From an uncultured Gemmatimonadales bacterium (GTDB lineage Bacteria; Gemmatimonadota; Gemmatimonadetes; Palauibacterales; Palauibacteraceae): 64,000 nt of DNA. The stretch spans positions 1 through 64,000 of the forward strand of contig CAWANJ010000001.1 of the NCBI GenBank assembly GCA_963783385.1, in the 5' to 3' direction. The notes beneath the pieces are model-generated. The model was not told the origin of the DNA. It ran no database searches and was given only the letters and a program-made list of their open reading frames with translations. Below are positions 44,848 to 56,226 of the stretch, in pieces. Numbering within the stretch: position 1 is the stretch's first letter; each line of letters starts with the position of its first letter. The position numbers and the translations under genes are program-made.

Positions 44848-45837
44848 ATGGGTGAGTCGAGGATCGCTCGGACCGTGGTCGTCGCCGCGGCGGTGGCCGT
44901 GGCCGCGACGGTCGCCGGCTGTGCGGGGCGGGAGACGACGGGGCGTCCGCAGGTGGGGGTCACCCTCCTCACCCAGGCGCACGTGTTCTACCAGGACCTC
45001 CAGAAGGGCCTCGAGGCCCGGGCCGACAGCGACGGGATCGACCTGCACGTCGTGGCCGGCGAGTGGGACCTGTCCCGGCAGACGAGCCAGGTGGAGAACT
45101 TCATCACCCGCAACATGGACGCGATCGTGATCGCACCGGTCAACTCGAGCGGGATCGTGAGCGCCGTGCAGGAGGCCAACGAGGCCGGGATCCCGGTGTT
45201 CACGGTCGACATCGCGGCGGACGGGGGCCACGTGGTCTCCCACATCGCCAGCGACAACCGGCAGGGGGGCCGGCTCCTGGCCCGCTACCTGGGCCAGCGG
45301 CTGGGCGGCCACGGGTCCGTGGCCATCCTCGACCAGCCCACCGTGACCAGCGTGCAGGACCGGGTGGCGGGCTTCCGCGAGGGGCTCGCCGACTACCCCG
45401 ACATCCACGTGGTGGCCGACCCCGCCGTCGAGCGCGGCCTGCGGGACGTGGCCAAGGACAAGACCGACAACCTCCTGGCCACCGGCAAGAAGATCGACGC
45501 GATCTTCGGCTCCAACGACGACTGCGCGCTGGGTGCCCTCGCCTCCGTCGAGGCGTCCGGCCGAACCGGCATCCTCATCGTGGGCTTCGACGCCACGCCG
45601 GAGGCCAGGAGCGCCATCGCCCGCGGCACCGCGTTGGTGGCCGACGCCGTCCAGCACCCGGTCGACATCGGGCGCCGCGCCATCGACGTGATCGCCCGCC
45701 GGCTGCGGGGAGACAGCGTGCCGGCGCGGGTCGCCGTCCCGGTGGGCATCGTGACGCGCGACTCGCTGACGGCCCCGAGCGGAGCCGCGGACAGCGGCTC
45801 GGCGTCCGCGAGCGGACCGGCCGGAGGACGCCCGTGA
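44848..45837 (+). CDS. Sugar ABC transporter substrate-binding lipoprotein (RbsB-like)
   Basis: Lipobox VAGC; AGIPVFTVD, SDNRQGG, NDDCALGA and VGFDA. Confidence 0.92.
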   Translation: MGESRIARTVVVAAAVAVAATVAGCAGRETTGRPQVGVTLLTQAHVFYQDLQKGLEARADSDGIDLHVVAGEWDLSRQTSQVENFITRNMDAIVIAPVNSSGIVSAVQEANEAGIPVFTVDIAADGGHVVSHIASDNRQGGRLLARYLGQRLGGHGSVAILDQPTVTSVQDRVAGFREGLADYPDIHVVADPAVERGLRDVAKDKTDNLLATGKKIDAIFGSNDDCALGALASVEASGRTGILIVGFDATPEARSAIARGTALVADAVQHPVDIGRRAIDVIARRLRGDSVPARVAVPVGIVTRDSLTAPSGAADSGSASASGPAGGRP

Positions 45838-46541
45838 CGGCCCCCTCGGCCCCGGCCGGCCGCGCCGCCCTGCTCGACATGGACGGAGTCCTGGTGGCCA
45901 CCGAGGGGCTCAAGGAGCAGGCGCACCTCAGGACCCTGGCGTCGTTCGGGTTCGAGGGGACGCCGGGCCGCGCCTTTTACCGCTCCGTGATGGGGCAGCC
46001 CCAGGACGCGGTCGAGCGCGCCTACCTCGAGGAGGCGGGGCTCACCGGGCGGGTGGCGCCGACCCGCTACCGGGAGCGCTTCCGGCGCGACTACCAGGAG
46101 CTCCTGCACGAGCGCCTCGAGCTGGTGCCCGGCGCCCGGGCGCTGCTCGTCCGGCTGTCGGAGGAGGGCTGGAAGCTGGCCCTGGTGAGCTCGAGCCTGC
46201 GGTGGATGGTGGAGCTGGTCCTGGCCCGGGCCGGCCTGGCCTCCTTCTTCGACGCCGTGGTGACCGGGGACGACGTGGAGCGAGAGAAGCCCGCGCCCGA
46301 CCCCTACCGGGCCGCCTTCGAGGCGCTCGGGGGACCCGAGCACCTCCGCGCGGTCGTGCTCGAGGACACGGGCGCCGGGATCGCCTCGGGCCGGGCCGCC
46401 GGCTTTCCGGTGGTGGCCCTGCGACACGGGTGGAACGAGGAGCTCGACCTGTCGGGTGCCGGCACACTCCTCACCGGACTCGAGGACACCGGCGCCGTGG
46501 TCGGGGCGCTCGAGACGGCGCTGGAGGCGGGCGCGGCGTAG
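45834..46541 (+). CDS. HAD family phosphatase
   Basis: DMDGVL, SS, KPAPD and EDTGAG. Confidence 0.9.
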   Translation: MTAPSAPAGRAALLDMDGVLVATEGLKEQAHLRTLASFGFEGTPGRAFYRSVMGQPQDAVERAYLEEAGLTGRVAPTRYRERFRRDYQELLHERLELVPGARALLVRLSEEGWKLALVSSSLRWMVELVLARAGLASFFDAVVTGDDVEREKPAPDPYRAAFEALGGPEHLRAVVLEDTGAGIASGRAAGFPVVALRHGWNEELDLSGAGTLLTGLEDTGAVVGALETALEAGAA

Positions 46542-46578
46542 CCGCTCCCCCGGCGGCGGGCGGTCCCGGACCGGCCGC

Positions 46579-47850
46579 CTAGACCGCCGCCGCGGACCCG
46601 AGCCGGTCCTTCACCGCCCTTCCCTCCTTGAGGACCAGCTCGATGACGGCCGGGTCCGCCAGCCCTGCCGGGTCGGCGAGCGGGTCCACGCCCGTCACCA
46701 CCACATTGGCGCGCTTGCCGGGCTCGAGCGTTCCGATCTCGTCCTGGAGCCCCAGGCAGCGGGCCGCATCGCCCGTGGCCGCGACCAGGGCCTCCATCGG
46801 GGAGAGCCCGGCGAGCTCCACCATGAGACCGATCTCCCGCAGGTTCGTCCCGTGCGGAGCCACCCCGCAGTCGGTCCCCATGGCGATGCGAACCCCGGCC
46901 CGGTGCGCGCGCGCAATGCTCTCCCGGTGCGCTTCGACCACCTCGCGCGCCTTGCGCACCGCCCACTCGGGCACCGTGCCCTTCGTCTCGGCCGCCTCCA
47001 GGGCCCCGAGCGGGGCGACCAGGGTGGGCACCAGCCAGGTGCCGCGCTCGATCATGAGCTCGATGGCCTCGTCGTCCAGGAAGATTCCGTGCTCGATGGA
47101 GCGGATACCGGCGCGGACGGCGTTCTTGATCCCCTCGGAGCCCTGGGCGTGCGCCATGACCGGAATCTCCTTCCGGAACGATCCTTCCTGCACCATGACC
47201 TCGAGCTCCTCCTGCGTGAACTGGGTGAACAGGGGATGGTCGGTGGGACTCATGACCCCGCCCGTGGAGCACACCTTGATCCAGTCCGCGCCGGCCCGCA
47301 GCACCTCGCGCACCTTCTTCCGCACGCCGTCGATCCCGTCGCACACCGGGTCCGGCCGGCCCGGGTGGGCGCCGAACAGGGCCAGCTGCTGCCCGGAGGG
47401 GAGCCAGAAGTCGATGTGCCCGCCCGTGATCGTGAGAGCGGTGATGCTGATCTGCATGCGCGGGCCCTCCACCATCCCCGTCTCGACCGCCGTCTTCATC
47501 CCCAGGTCGGCCCCGCCCGCGTCGCGCACGGCGGTCACGCCCGCGTCCAGGGTCTTCCGCATGTAGCCGATGGCCTGGTAGAAGGGCAGCGAGAAGGGCG
47601 TCGCCAGGAGCCGCATCATGTCGTCCACCTCGACCGTGAGGTGGACGTGGCAGTCGATGAAGCCGGGGAGGATCCAGCCGCCCCCCGCCTCGATCTCGCG
47701 CACCGCCTCGCCCGAGGCCGAGGCCCGAACCCCGGCGGCCGGGCCGCACGCCACGATGCGGCCATCCTCGACCAGGAGGGCGGCCTCCGGCACCGGCTTC
47801 GCGCCGGTGCCGTCGATGAGCGTTCCGTCGTGGATCAGGGTGAGGGCCAT
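46579..47850 (-). CDS. Metal-dependent amidohydrolase (Xaa-Pro dipeptidase-like)
   Basis: PGFIDCHVH, KVCSTGG, AHAQ, IEHG and GTDCG. Confidence 0.92.
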   Translation of the reverse strand: MALTLIHDGTLIDGTGAKPVPEAALLVEDGRIVACGPAAGVRASASGEAVREIEAGGGWILPGFIDCHVHLTVEVDDMMRLLATPFSLPFYQAIGYMRKTLDAGVTAVRDAGGADLGMKTAVETGMVEGPRMQISITALTITGGHIDFWLPSGQQLALFGAHPGRPDPVCDGIDGVRKKVREVLRAGADWIKVCSTGGVMSPTDHPLFTQFTQEELEVMVQEGSFRKEIPVMAHAQGSEGIKNAVRAGIRSIEHGIFLDDEAIELMIERGTWLVPTLVAPLGALEAAETKGTVPEWAVRKAREVVEAHRESIARAHRAGVRIAMGTDCGVAPHGTNLREIGLMVELAGLSPMEALVAATGDAARCLGLQDEIGTLEPGKRANVVVTGVDPLADPAGLADPAVIELVLKEGRAVKDRLGSAAAV

Positions 47851-48031
47851 GGCTCGTCCGCCTCCGGTTCGGCTGTGGTTCGGATCCGTGCTCCGTGCGT
47901 CGACCGGGTGGAACGGTAGCCGCGCTGGAGGGGCCCGGAAAGGCGCCGCGGCCGGCGCGGCGCGATCTATCGGAGCTTCGTCGCCCGCCTTAGCTTGACC
48001 TGTCCCGATTCCACCCTCAGGAGCGACCGCC

Positions 48032-51000
48032 ATGCGTGCCAGCCGTTCCGCCTCCGTCCGTGCCCTGGCCGCGGCCCTCGCGGCCCTGGCGACCTTCGCC
48101 CTCGCGCGGCCCGCGCCCGCCACGGCCCAGGAGCTGAGCCGACAGGAGCTCTCCGGCCTCCGCTTCCGCTACATCGGCGTGGTCGGGAACCGGGTGGACG
48201 TGGCGGTGGGCGTACCGAGCCAGCCGCTGGTCTACTACGCCGGAGCGGCCGCGGGCGGCATCTGGAAGACCACGGACGGCGGGTCGCGGTGGCGGCCCGT
48301 GTTCGACAGCGCCGGGGTGCCCTCGGTGGGCGACCTGGCGGTGGCGCCCTCGGCCCCCAACGTGGTGTGGGCCGGCACCGGCGAGCCGTTCATACGCTCC
48401 AACATCTCGATCGGCGACGGGGCGTGGAAGTCCACCGACGGGGGCGAGACCTGGACGCACATGGGCCTCGACGCCACCGGCCGCATCTCGCGCATCGTCA
48501 TCGACCCGCAGGACCCGGACGTCGTGTACGTGGCCGCCCTGGGGAATACATACGTCCCGCAGGCGGAGCGCGGGATCTACCGGACGCGGGACGGCGGCCG
48601 GACCTGGCAGAAGGTGCTGTTCGTGAACGACTCGACCGGCGCCTCCGACCTCATCATGGACCCGCACAACCCGGACGTCCTGTTCGCCGGCACGTGGCAG
48701 ATCGAGGTCCACACCTGGGGGCGGGTGAGCGGCGGCGGCGGCAGCGGGATCTGGATGACCCGCGACGGAGGCGACCACTGGACCCGGCTGGAGGGACACG
48801 GCCTCCCGGACGGTCCCATCGGCAAGATCGGTCTGTGCAACACGCCCGCGAGCTCCGACCGCATCTACGCCCTCATCGAGACCTCCGACGGCGTCCCGTG
48901 GCGGGGGAAGACGAGCGAGGGCGAGCTGTGGCGCTCCGAGGACGGCGGGTACGACTGGACGCTGGTCAACCACGACCAGAACCTGGCCGGACGGCAAGCC
49001 TACTACACCCGCTGCGCGGTCACGCCCGACGATCCCGACGAGGCCTACTTCATCTCGGCCGACTGGGTTCAGACGCTGGACGGCGGCGAGCACGTCAAGA
49101 CGCTGGGCGGCCAGCGGGTGCCCAACTGGGACCACCACAACATGTGGATCGACCCCACGGACGGGGACCGCATGGTGGCGGCCGGCGACGGCGGCGTGTC
49201 GATCTCCCACGACCGCGGGAAGACCTGGTACAGGGTCCAGCTCCCGGTCGGCCAGCTCTACCACGTCACGGTCGACAACCAGGTCCCCTACTGGGTGTAC
49301 ACGAACCGCCAGGACGGCCCCTCGATGATGGGGCCCTCGAACAGCCGCCTCGGCGGCGGCGAGGAGGGCGGCGGCGGCATCCCGCGCGGGATGTGGCACG
49401 AGCTCGGCGGCGGCGAGAGCGGCTTCGCCACGCCCGACACGATGGCGCCCGGGATCGCGTGGTCCACGACCTCGGGCTACGGCCCCGTGGACGGGATCGT
49501 GGTTCGCTACGACGAGCAGGCGCGTCAGTACCGGAACGTCGAGGTATGGCCGATGAGCATCATCGGGCACCCCGCCGACGAGGCGAGGTACCGGTGGCAG
49601 TGGACCTTCCCGCTCGAGATCAGCCCCCACGACCACAACACCGTATACGTGGGGAGCCAGTACGTGATGCGGACCACGAACGGCGGGCAGAGCTGGGAGC
49701 GCATCAGCCCGGACCTCACCACCGACGACTCCACGAAGATGGGGATCTCGGGCGGCCTCACCCCCGACAACATCCAGGTCGAGACCTGCTGCGTGGTGTA
49801 CGCCATCGACGAGTCGCCCGTGGAGGCGGGAGTGATCTGGGCCGGGACCAACGACGGCCTCGTCCAGGTGACGCGCGACGGCGGCAAGTCGTGGACGAAC
49901 GTCACCCGGAACATCCCGGGCCTGCCTCCCCTGGGCGTGGTCCGGAACATCGACGCCTCGAGATACGACTCCGCCAGGGCGTACGTGACCATCGACCGCC
50001 ACCAGATGGGCGACTTCGCGCCCTACGTCTACAAGACGTCGGACTTCGGGCAGCACTGGACGAAGATCACCGCAGGCGTGCCTCAGAGCCCGCTGTCCTT
50101 CGCCCGCAACGTGCGCGAGGACCCCGTGCGCCGGGGGCTCCTGTACCTGGGCACGGAGAACCGGCTCTACTTCTCCATGGACGACGGCGGACACTGGCAG
50201 TCCCTGATGACCGACCTCCCCCCGGCGCCCATGTACTGGCTCACGGTGCAGCCGCACTTCCAGGACCTGGTGGTGGGGACCTACGGGCGCGGCATCTGGA
50301 TCCTGGACGACGTCACGCCGCTCCAGCAGCTCACCCCGAAGGTGGCGGCCGAGTCCGCTCACCTGTTCGCGCCGCGGGAGGCATGGCGGTTCCACGCCAT
50401 CACGGCGCCCAACGCCATGTTCGACGACCCCTCGGCGGGGGAGAACCCGCCCTACGGGGCGTCGATCTCCTACTGGCTGAAGAGCGCGCCGGCGGGGACC
50501 GACAGCGTGCGCCTCCTCATCACGGACGCGGCCGGGGACACGGTACGCACCCTGTCCGGCCCGGCGAAGGCGGGGATCAACCGGGTGTGGTGGGACCTGG
50601 AGACCGAGAAGACGATGGAGATCCGGCGGCGGGTGCCGCCCGAGAACGCGACGTGGATGGACCTGGGCAAGAAGGGCTGGTTCGCCATGCCGTGGGGCCG
50701 CCAGTTCTCGATCCTGTCGCCGCCGGGCACCTACACGGTCACGTTCGAGGCGGGCGGCAAGAGCTTCAGCCAGCCGCTCACGGTCAACAAGGATCCCCAC
50801 TCCGAGGGGAGCCTGAAGGACATCGATGCCCAGGTCACCATGCTCCGCTCCCTGTATGCGGACATGAACCGGGTGGCGAGCATGGCGAACCGGATCGAGT
50901 GGATGCGCCGCCAGCTCGCCGACCTGAGGCCGGTGCTGGAGAGCGCCGACGCCGACGACCTGATCGCGGCCGGCGACTCCCTGGAGTCGAGGCTCCGCGA

Positions 51001-51280
51001 CGTGGAGGGCGAGCTCATCCAGCTCAAGCTCACCGGCACGGGCCAGGACGACGTGCGCTGGCCCTCGCGCCTGGCGGGCCGGGTGGCGTGGCTGGCCGGG
51101 GAAGTGGCCTCCAACGACTTCCCGCCCACCGACCAGGCCCGGGAGGTCCAGGGAATCCTCGAGCAGAGGGTCGAGGGCATGAGCCAGGAGCTGGAGACAG
51201 CCCTGGCCCAGAACCTCCCGCCCTTCAACCAGGAGCTGGCCCGCCGCGGCCTGGGCGGGATCGTGAGCCAGCTACCGTAG
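48032..51280 (+). CDS. VPS10/BNR (Asp-box) repeat glycosyl-hydrolase-like secreted protein
   Basis: Multiple S/T-x-D-G-G-x-x-W boxes; signal peptide; helical C-terminus. Confidence 0.88.
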   Translation: MRASRSASVRALAAALAALATFALARPAPATAQELSRQELSGLRFRYIGVVGNRVDVAVGVPSQPLVYYAGAAAGGIWKTTDGGSRWRPVFDSAGVPSVGDLAVAPSAPNVVWAGTGEPFIRSNISIGDGAWKSTDGGETWTHMGLDATGRISRIVIDPQDPDVVYVAALGNTYVPQAERGIYRTRDGGRTWQKVLFVNDSTGASDLIMDPHNPDVLFAGTWQIEVHTWGRVSGGGGSGIWMTRDGGDHWTRLEGHGLPDGPIGKIGLCNTPASSDRIYALIETSDGVPWRGKTSEGELWRSEDGGYDWTLVNHDQNLAGRQAYYTRCAVTPDDPDEAYFISADWVQTLDGGEHVKTLGGQRVPNWDHHNMWIDPTDGDRMVAAGDGGVSISHDRGKTWYRVQLPVGQLYHVTVDNQVPYWVYTNRQDGPSMMGPSNSRLGGGEEGGGGIPRGMWHELGGGESGFATPDTMAPGIAWSTTSGYGPVDGIVVRYDEQARQYRNVEVWPMSIIGHPADEARYRWQWTFPLEISPHDHNTVYVGSQYVMRTTNGGQSWERISPDLTTDDSTKMGISGGLTPDNIQVETCCVVYAIDESPVEAGVIWAGTNDGLVQVTRDGGKSWTNVTRNIPGLPPLGVVRNIDASRYDSARAYVTIDRHQMGDFAPYVYKTSDFGQHWTKITAGVPQSPLSFARNVREDPVRRGLLYLGTENRLYFSMDDGGHWQSLMTDLPPAPMYWLTVQPHFQDLVVGTYGRGIWILDDVTPLQQLTPKVAAESAHLFAPREAWRFHAITAPNAMFDDPSAGENPPYGASISYWLKSAPAGTDSVRLLITDAAGDTVRTLSGPAKAGINRVWWDLETEKTMEIRRRVPPENATWMDLGKKGWFAMPWGRQFSILSPPGTYTVTFEAGGKSFSQPLTVNKDPHSEGSLKDIDAQVTMLRSLYADMNRVASMANRIEWMRRQLADLRPVLESADADDLIAAGDSLESRLRDVEGELIQLKLTGTGQDDVRWPSRLAGRVAWLAGEVASNDFPPTDQAREVQGILEQRVEGMSQELETALAQNLPPFNQELARRGLGGIVSQLP

Positions 51281-53675
51281 GGGGGACGCCGCGGGCGGCG
51301 TGACCAGGGGCGCGCCCGCGGCCAGGCGCGCCTCGACCTCGCCGGCCGGCATGGGCTTGGCCAACACGTAGCCCTGCACGAGGGCGCAGCCCGAGCGCCG
51401 CAGGTGCTCGAGCTGCGCCGTCGTGTCCACGCCCTCGGCCACCGACACCATCCCCAGGTTCCGCGACAGCTCGAGGACGGTGTCCAGGATCCTGGCTCCG
51501 TCCGAGCCCCAGGTGGCCGCCCGCACGAAGGTCGCGTCGATCTTGAGGACGTCCAGCGGATACTGTCCCAGGTAGGCCAGGGACGAGTACCCGGTGCCGA
51601 AGTCGTCGACGCACAATCGGACGCCCCGTGAGCGGAGCGCGTCCACGATGCCGATCGCGTCCTCCGTGCGGTGGAGGAGAGTGCGCTCGGTGATCTCCAG
51701 CACGAGGCTGCGCGGCTCGACCCCGCTGCGGGCCAGGATCCCCTCGATCCGCCCCAGGAGCTCCGGGTGGGCGAGCTCTTCCACCGACAGGTTGACGTGG
51801 ACGTTCAGCGTCGCGGACGCGGGGTGGCGCTCGCGCCACGCGGCCAGGCGGCCGAGGGCCGCCTCGAGGACCCACCAGCCGATCCGCGGCAGGATGCGCG
51901 CCTCGCGTGCCACGTTCAGGAAGGCGGCCGGAGCCAGGAGTCCGCGCCGGGGGTGGCGCCAGCGCAGCAAGGCCTCGAGGGCCACGACTTCGAGGTCCGC
52001 CACCCGGGAGATGGGCTGGTAGTGGAGCTCGAACTGACCATCGGCGAGCGCCCTCCGCAGGTCGCCGGCCATCTCGAGGGCGCTCACGGCGTGCTCCCGG
52101 ATGCCGGGGGCGAAGATCGTGATCCGCTCCCGCGTCTGTCCCTTGGCCCGGCTGGCGGCCGCCTGCGCGTCGCGCAGCAGCTCGGCCGGGTCGTCGTAAT
52201 CGGGGCGTGACACCGCGATCCCGACCGAGCCGCTCGGGAACACGGCCCGGTCCCGCAGGGTGAGCGGGGCTTCCAGCTCCGCCAGGATGCGCAGGGCCAC
52301 GTCGCGGGCCTCCCCCGCCCCCACCACCGGTTCCACGAGCACACCGAAGCGGTCGTCGTCGATGCGGGCCACCGTGTCGTCGTCGCGGACGGCCCGCCGC
52401 AGTCGGGTCGCGACGGCGGCGAGGAGCTGATCGCCCGCCTCGCGCCCGAACGCCTCGTTCACCCGGTGGAAGTCGTCCAGTTCCAGGCACAGCACGCCGA
52501 AGCGCTCTCCCGCGCGCTGCACCCGGGAGCCGGCCATCCGGATCCGGTCGAGGAGGAGCGCCCGGTTGGCCAGGCCGGTCACCTCGTCGTAGAAGGCACG
52601 GCGGGCCAGCTCCTCCTGCATCCGCCGCTGGAAGCGGATGTCCCGGGCCAGGAGGGCCGTGCCCACCCGGAAGCCGTTCCGGTCCCGTAGCTCGCACGCG
52701 GACAGGCTGACCGGGACGACCTCGCCGTCCCGGCCCCGCAGGTCCGCCTCCTCGTTGCCGATGCGGTCCCGTTCGAGGGCGTTGCCGAGGGTGATCTCCG
52801 AGATTTCCGAGGCGGCCAGCTCGGACGCCGGCCGCCCCACGAGCTCGTCGGGGCTCGCGCCGACCAGCGTGCACAGGGCCGGGTTGACGAAGCGGAGAAG
52901 GCCATCACGGTCGCACAGCGCCACCAGCTCCGAGGTCGTGCGCACGAGCTGCTCCGCGGCGAGCGCCGGCGAGAGGTCGGTCAGACGGTGACGCCAGAAT
53001 GGCCCAGGCCGCGATGAGCGCGAACGCCGCCACGGCCTCCCAGCCGGCCGGATGGACCGGGATGCCGTAGGCCGGAAGGAAGTCGACCAGCGCCAGGTCC
53101 CCCACCAGGAAGGCCACGAGGAACGCGCGTGCGCGGCGGCGTGCCGTCCCGGGCGGCGAGCTCCTCCAGGCCCGCCACAGCTCGACGGGCGTGAGCAGCA
53201 GCAGGGCCGCGAACGGGACCGTGAACAGGAGACTGCGGGAGCCCAGGATCGGATAGGGACCCCACGGCCACGCACGGATCCCCGTGAGGAAGAGCCCCGA
53301 CCCTACGAGGACCGACGCGCAGACCGCGAAGTACACCCACGCGGCCCGCACGACCGCGGAGCGGCGCTCCTCCAGCTCGAGGACGCGCACGGCGAACTGG
53401 TAGGTGGCCGGCGCCAGGAAGGGAATCCCGAGATTCGCGAGTCGTGCCCAGGCGAGCGCGGTGGCCGGGTCGGCCGCCATGAGCATCCAGGAGGAGGCGA
53501 ACATCCACCACGCCGCCACGACCGTGAACAGGCCGAAGGCGCGGCTCTCCCGCGAGCGGTGCTCGCGGACCAGCGTAAAGGTGCCGACGCCCAGGAGGAG
53601 GGCCGAAACCATGAACGTGGGAATGGCGGCGGGCCGGGCCACGTACGCGCCCGCCAGAAGCAGCGTGTCTGCCAT
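51272..53675 (-). CDS. 7TM sensor-PAS-GGDEF(degenerate)-EAL phosphodiesterase, frameshifted near 52990
   Basis: Hydrophobic N-terminal region; DEVTGLANR; GGDEF replaced by DDDRF; EALLRW, EITE, DDFGTGYSS and AEGVD. Confidence 0.88.
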
Positions 53676-53900
53676 CGAGCCTCCTCACACCTCGCCGCGC
53701 GCGTCCCGAGCGCCGGCGGCCCATCCCTCCCCCTCCCGGACCGAAGGCAAGCCCCGTACCCCGGGCGACCGGGATTCACGGGCCGTGCCAAGACCTGTCC
53801 CTGCATAGCGTTAGGACCAGCATTGTCACCCGGAGGCTGTGGCGCCCACCCCACGCCCCGTGGTGACTTCTGTTCAGGACGTTGAAACGATTTCCGGGCG

Positions 53901-53929
53901 TTGACCGGCGGCACCGGCCGCGGCAGTAT
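53901..53929 (+). promoter_or_regulatory. Possible sigma70-type promoter for the S9 peptidase
   Basis: TTGACC-17 nt-CAGTAT, about 40 bp before ATG 53971. Confidence 0.4.
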
Positions 53930-53970
53930 GGGCCCGTTCGACACACTCACCCCGGCACGGAGACCCGGCC

Positions 53971-56071
53971 ATGTCCAGCCGTCCAGTCCCGATCGTCGCG
54001 GCGCTGTGCGCAGTAGCCGCCCTCGCCCTCCCGACGCGGGCCCGTACCCAGGAGGTCGCCGGAGCCCCCAGCTTCCGGCACGTGCTCGGCCTGCGCTCGG
54101 TGGGAGCGGTGGCCATCGCGCCCGACGGGTCGACCGTCGCCTACGAGGTGCGGGGGGCCGACTGGGACGCGAACCGGTACGACACCGAGATCTGGCTCGT
54201 GCGGCCGGGCGCGGCGCCCTTCCAGCTCACCCGGACGGCGAAGGGGAGCTCCACGAGCCCGGCCTGGTCCCCCGACGGCAAGTGGATCGCTTTCCTCTCC
54301 TCCCGGGAGGAGGGGAAGACGCAGGTGTGGCTCATCCGCCCCGACGGGGGCGAGGCGCGGCCGCTGACCGACGTGGCCGAGGGCGTGCGCTCCTTCGCCT
54401 GGAGCCCGGACGGCGCGAGCCTGGCGGTCTCGATCCAGGAGACCGAGAGCGCCGCCATGAAGGCGCGGAAGAAGGACTACGGGGACTGGAGGGTCGAGAG
54501 TGAGACCGCGCCCCCCGTCCACCTGTGGGTGATGGACGTGTCGAAGGCGCTGGCCACCGAGGCCGGCGCGAAGCTGCCGGGTGACTCGGCGGGGACCGAC
54601 TCGGCAGCCTACATCCTCCGCGCGCGGCGCCGCTTTTCGGGCGCTGACCCCGGGCGCCGCCTACACGGTCGTCGGCTTCCGCTGGTCACCCGACGGGTCA
54701 CGGATCGCTTTCTCCCACCAGCCGGACGGCCGCGTGCCCTCGTTCACGCACCGGGACCTGTCGGTGGTCGACGTGGCCACGGACTCGATCCGAACGCTGG
54801 TGGACTGGCCGGGCGCGGACGCGGGGCCCGTGTGGTCCCCGGACGGCCGCTGGATCGCCTTCTCCACCGGCGCCGGGGACACCGCCTACTACACCACGGA
54901 CGAGATCGCGAAGGTCCGCGCCTCCGGCGGGAAGCCGGAGCTCCTCACCGGCTCCTACGACTCGAACGCCGACCCGGTGGCGTGGCTCCCGGACGGGCTC
55001 GTCGTGGCGGGGTGGCGGCAGGGGCAGACGGTGCTGTATCGCATGGATTCCGAATCGACGAAGATGACGGTGATCACCGACGCGCCGCGAGCCTTCCGCT
55101 CGGTGGACTACACGCCCGATGGGAAGTCGGCGGCCTTCGTGGGCGCCACCCCGACCGAGCTGTCGGAGGTCTACCTCACATCGGCCGGCGACTGGAGGCC
55201 GCGCAAGCTCACCGACATGACCGCCCAGGTGGCCGGCTGGCCCGTCGGCACCGAGCGCGACATCGCCTGGAAGAGCAAGGACGGGGCGGTCGTGCACGGC
55301 GTGCTCATCACGCCGCCGGGCTTCGACTCCACCCGCCGGCACCCGCTCGTGGTGCGCATCCACGGCGGTCCCACCGGCATCGACCTCCCCATCCTCTCGA
55401 GCCAGGTCGAATCGTACGTGTACCCGCTCACCCAGTGGCTCGCCCGCGGCGCCGTGGTGCTCATGCCCAACTACCGCGGCTCCCTCGGCTACGGACAGGG
55501 GTTCGAGAAGCTCAACGTCGGCAACCTGGGCGTGGGCGACGCGTGGGACGTGATGTCGGGCGTGCAGGCGCTCATCGACCGCGGGATGGTGGACCCCGAC
55601 AGCATGGTGGCCATGGGCTGGAGCGAGGGCGGCTACATCTCGGCCTTCCTCACCACCACCACCCACCGCTTCAAGGCCATCTCGGTGGGCGCCGGGATCT
55701 CCGACTGGATGACCTACTACGTGAACACGGACATCCACCCGTTCACGATCTCGTACCTGGGCGGCACCCCCTGGGACCTGCCGAAGGTGTACGCGAAGAC
55801 CTCGCCCATCACCTACCTCAAGCAGGCCTCGACCCCGACCCTCATCCAGCACGACGACGGCGACCCGCGGGTGCCCCCGCCCAACGGGTTCGAGCTCTAC
55901 CAGGGGCTCGAGGACGTGGGCGTGCCCGTGAAGTTCATCCTCTACCACGCCGACAGCCACGGCGTCCCGACTCCGAAGCAGCGCCTGGCCGCGACCTGGC
56001 ACAACTGGGCCTGGGTGGCGAAGTGGCTGTACGGGGAGGACGTGAAGCTGCCGTTTCCGGAAGGGGGCTGA
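53971..56071 (+). CDS. S9 prolyl oligopeptidase family peptidase with PD40 repeats, frameshifted near 54620
   Basis: WSPDG repeats, IHGGP, NYRGS, GWSEGG (Ser), DPRVP (Asp) and SHG (His). Confidence 0.9.
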
Positions 56072-56119
56072 CCACACGAAGACGGTGCGCTCCGGGGCTC
56101 AGGGGCGGAACGCAGGGCC

Positions 56120-56226
56120 ATGAGCGTGTTCATGGTGGACCGAAACCTCCCCGGCATCACACTCGACCCGCTGGCCGACGCGCACAAGCCAGCCATCGAC
56201 ACGAGCCGCCGCTTCACCGAGGCCGG
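56120..56226 (+). pseudogene. Truncated DUF4242-like protein remnant
   Basis: MSVFMVDRNLPGIT...AIDTSRRF resembles DUF4242 N-termini (from memory); similarity ends at the cyoE stop codon. Confidence 0.5.

Noticed and set aside
53775-53791. Sigma54 promoter (TGGCACG on the minus strand) for the EAL gene
   Set aside because: The -12 element reads GTGA instead of TTGC, so the essential GC is missing.
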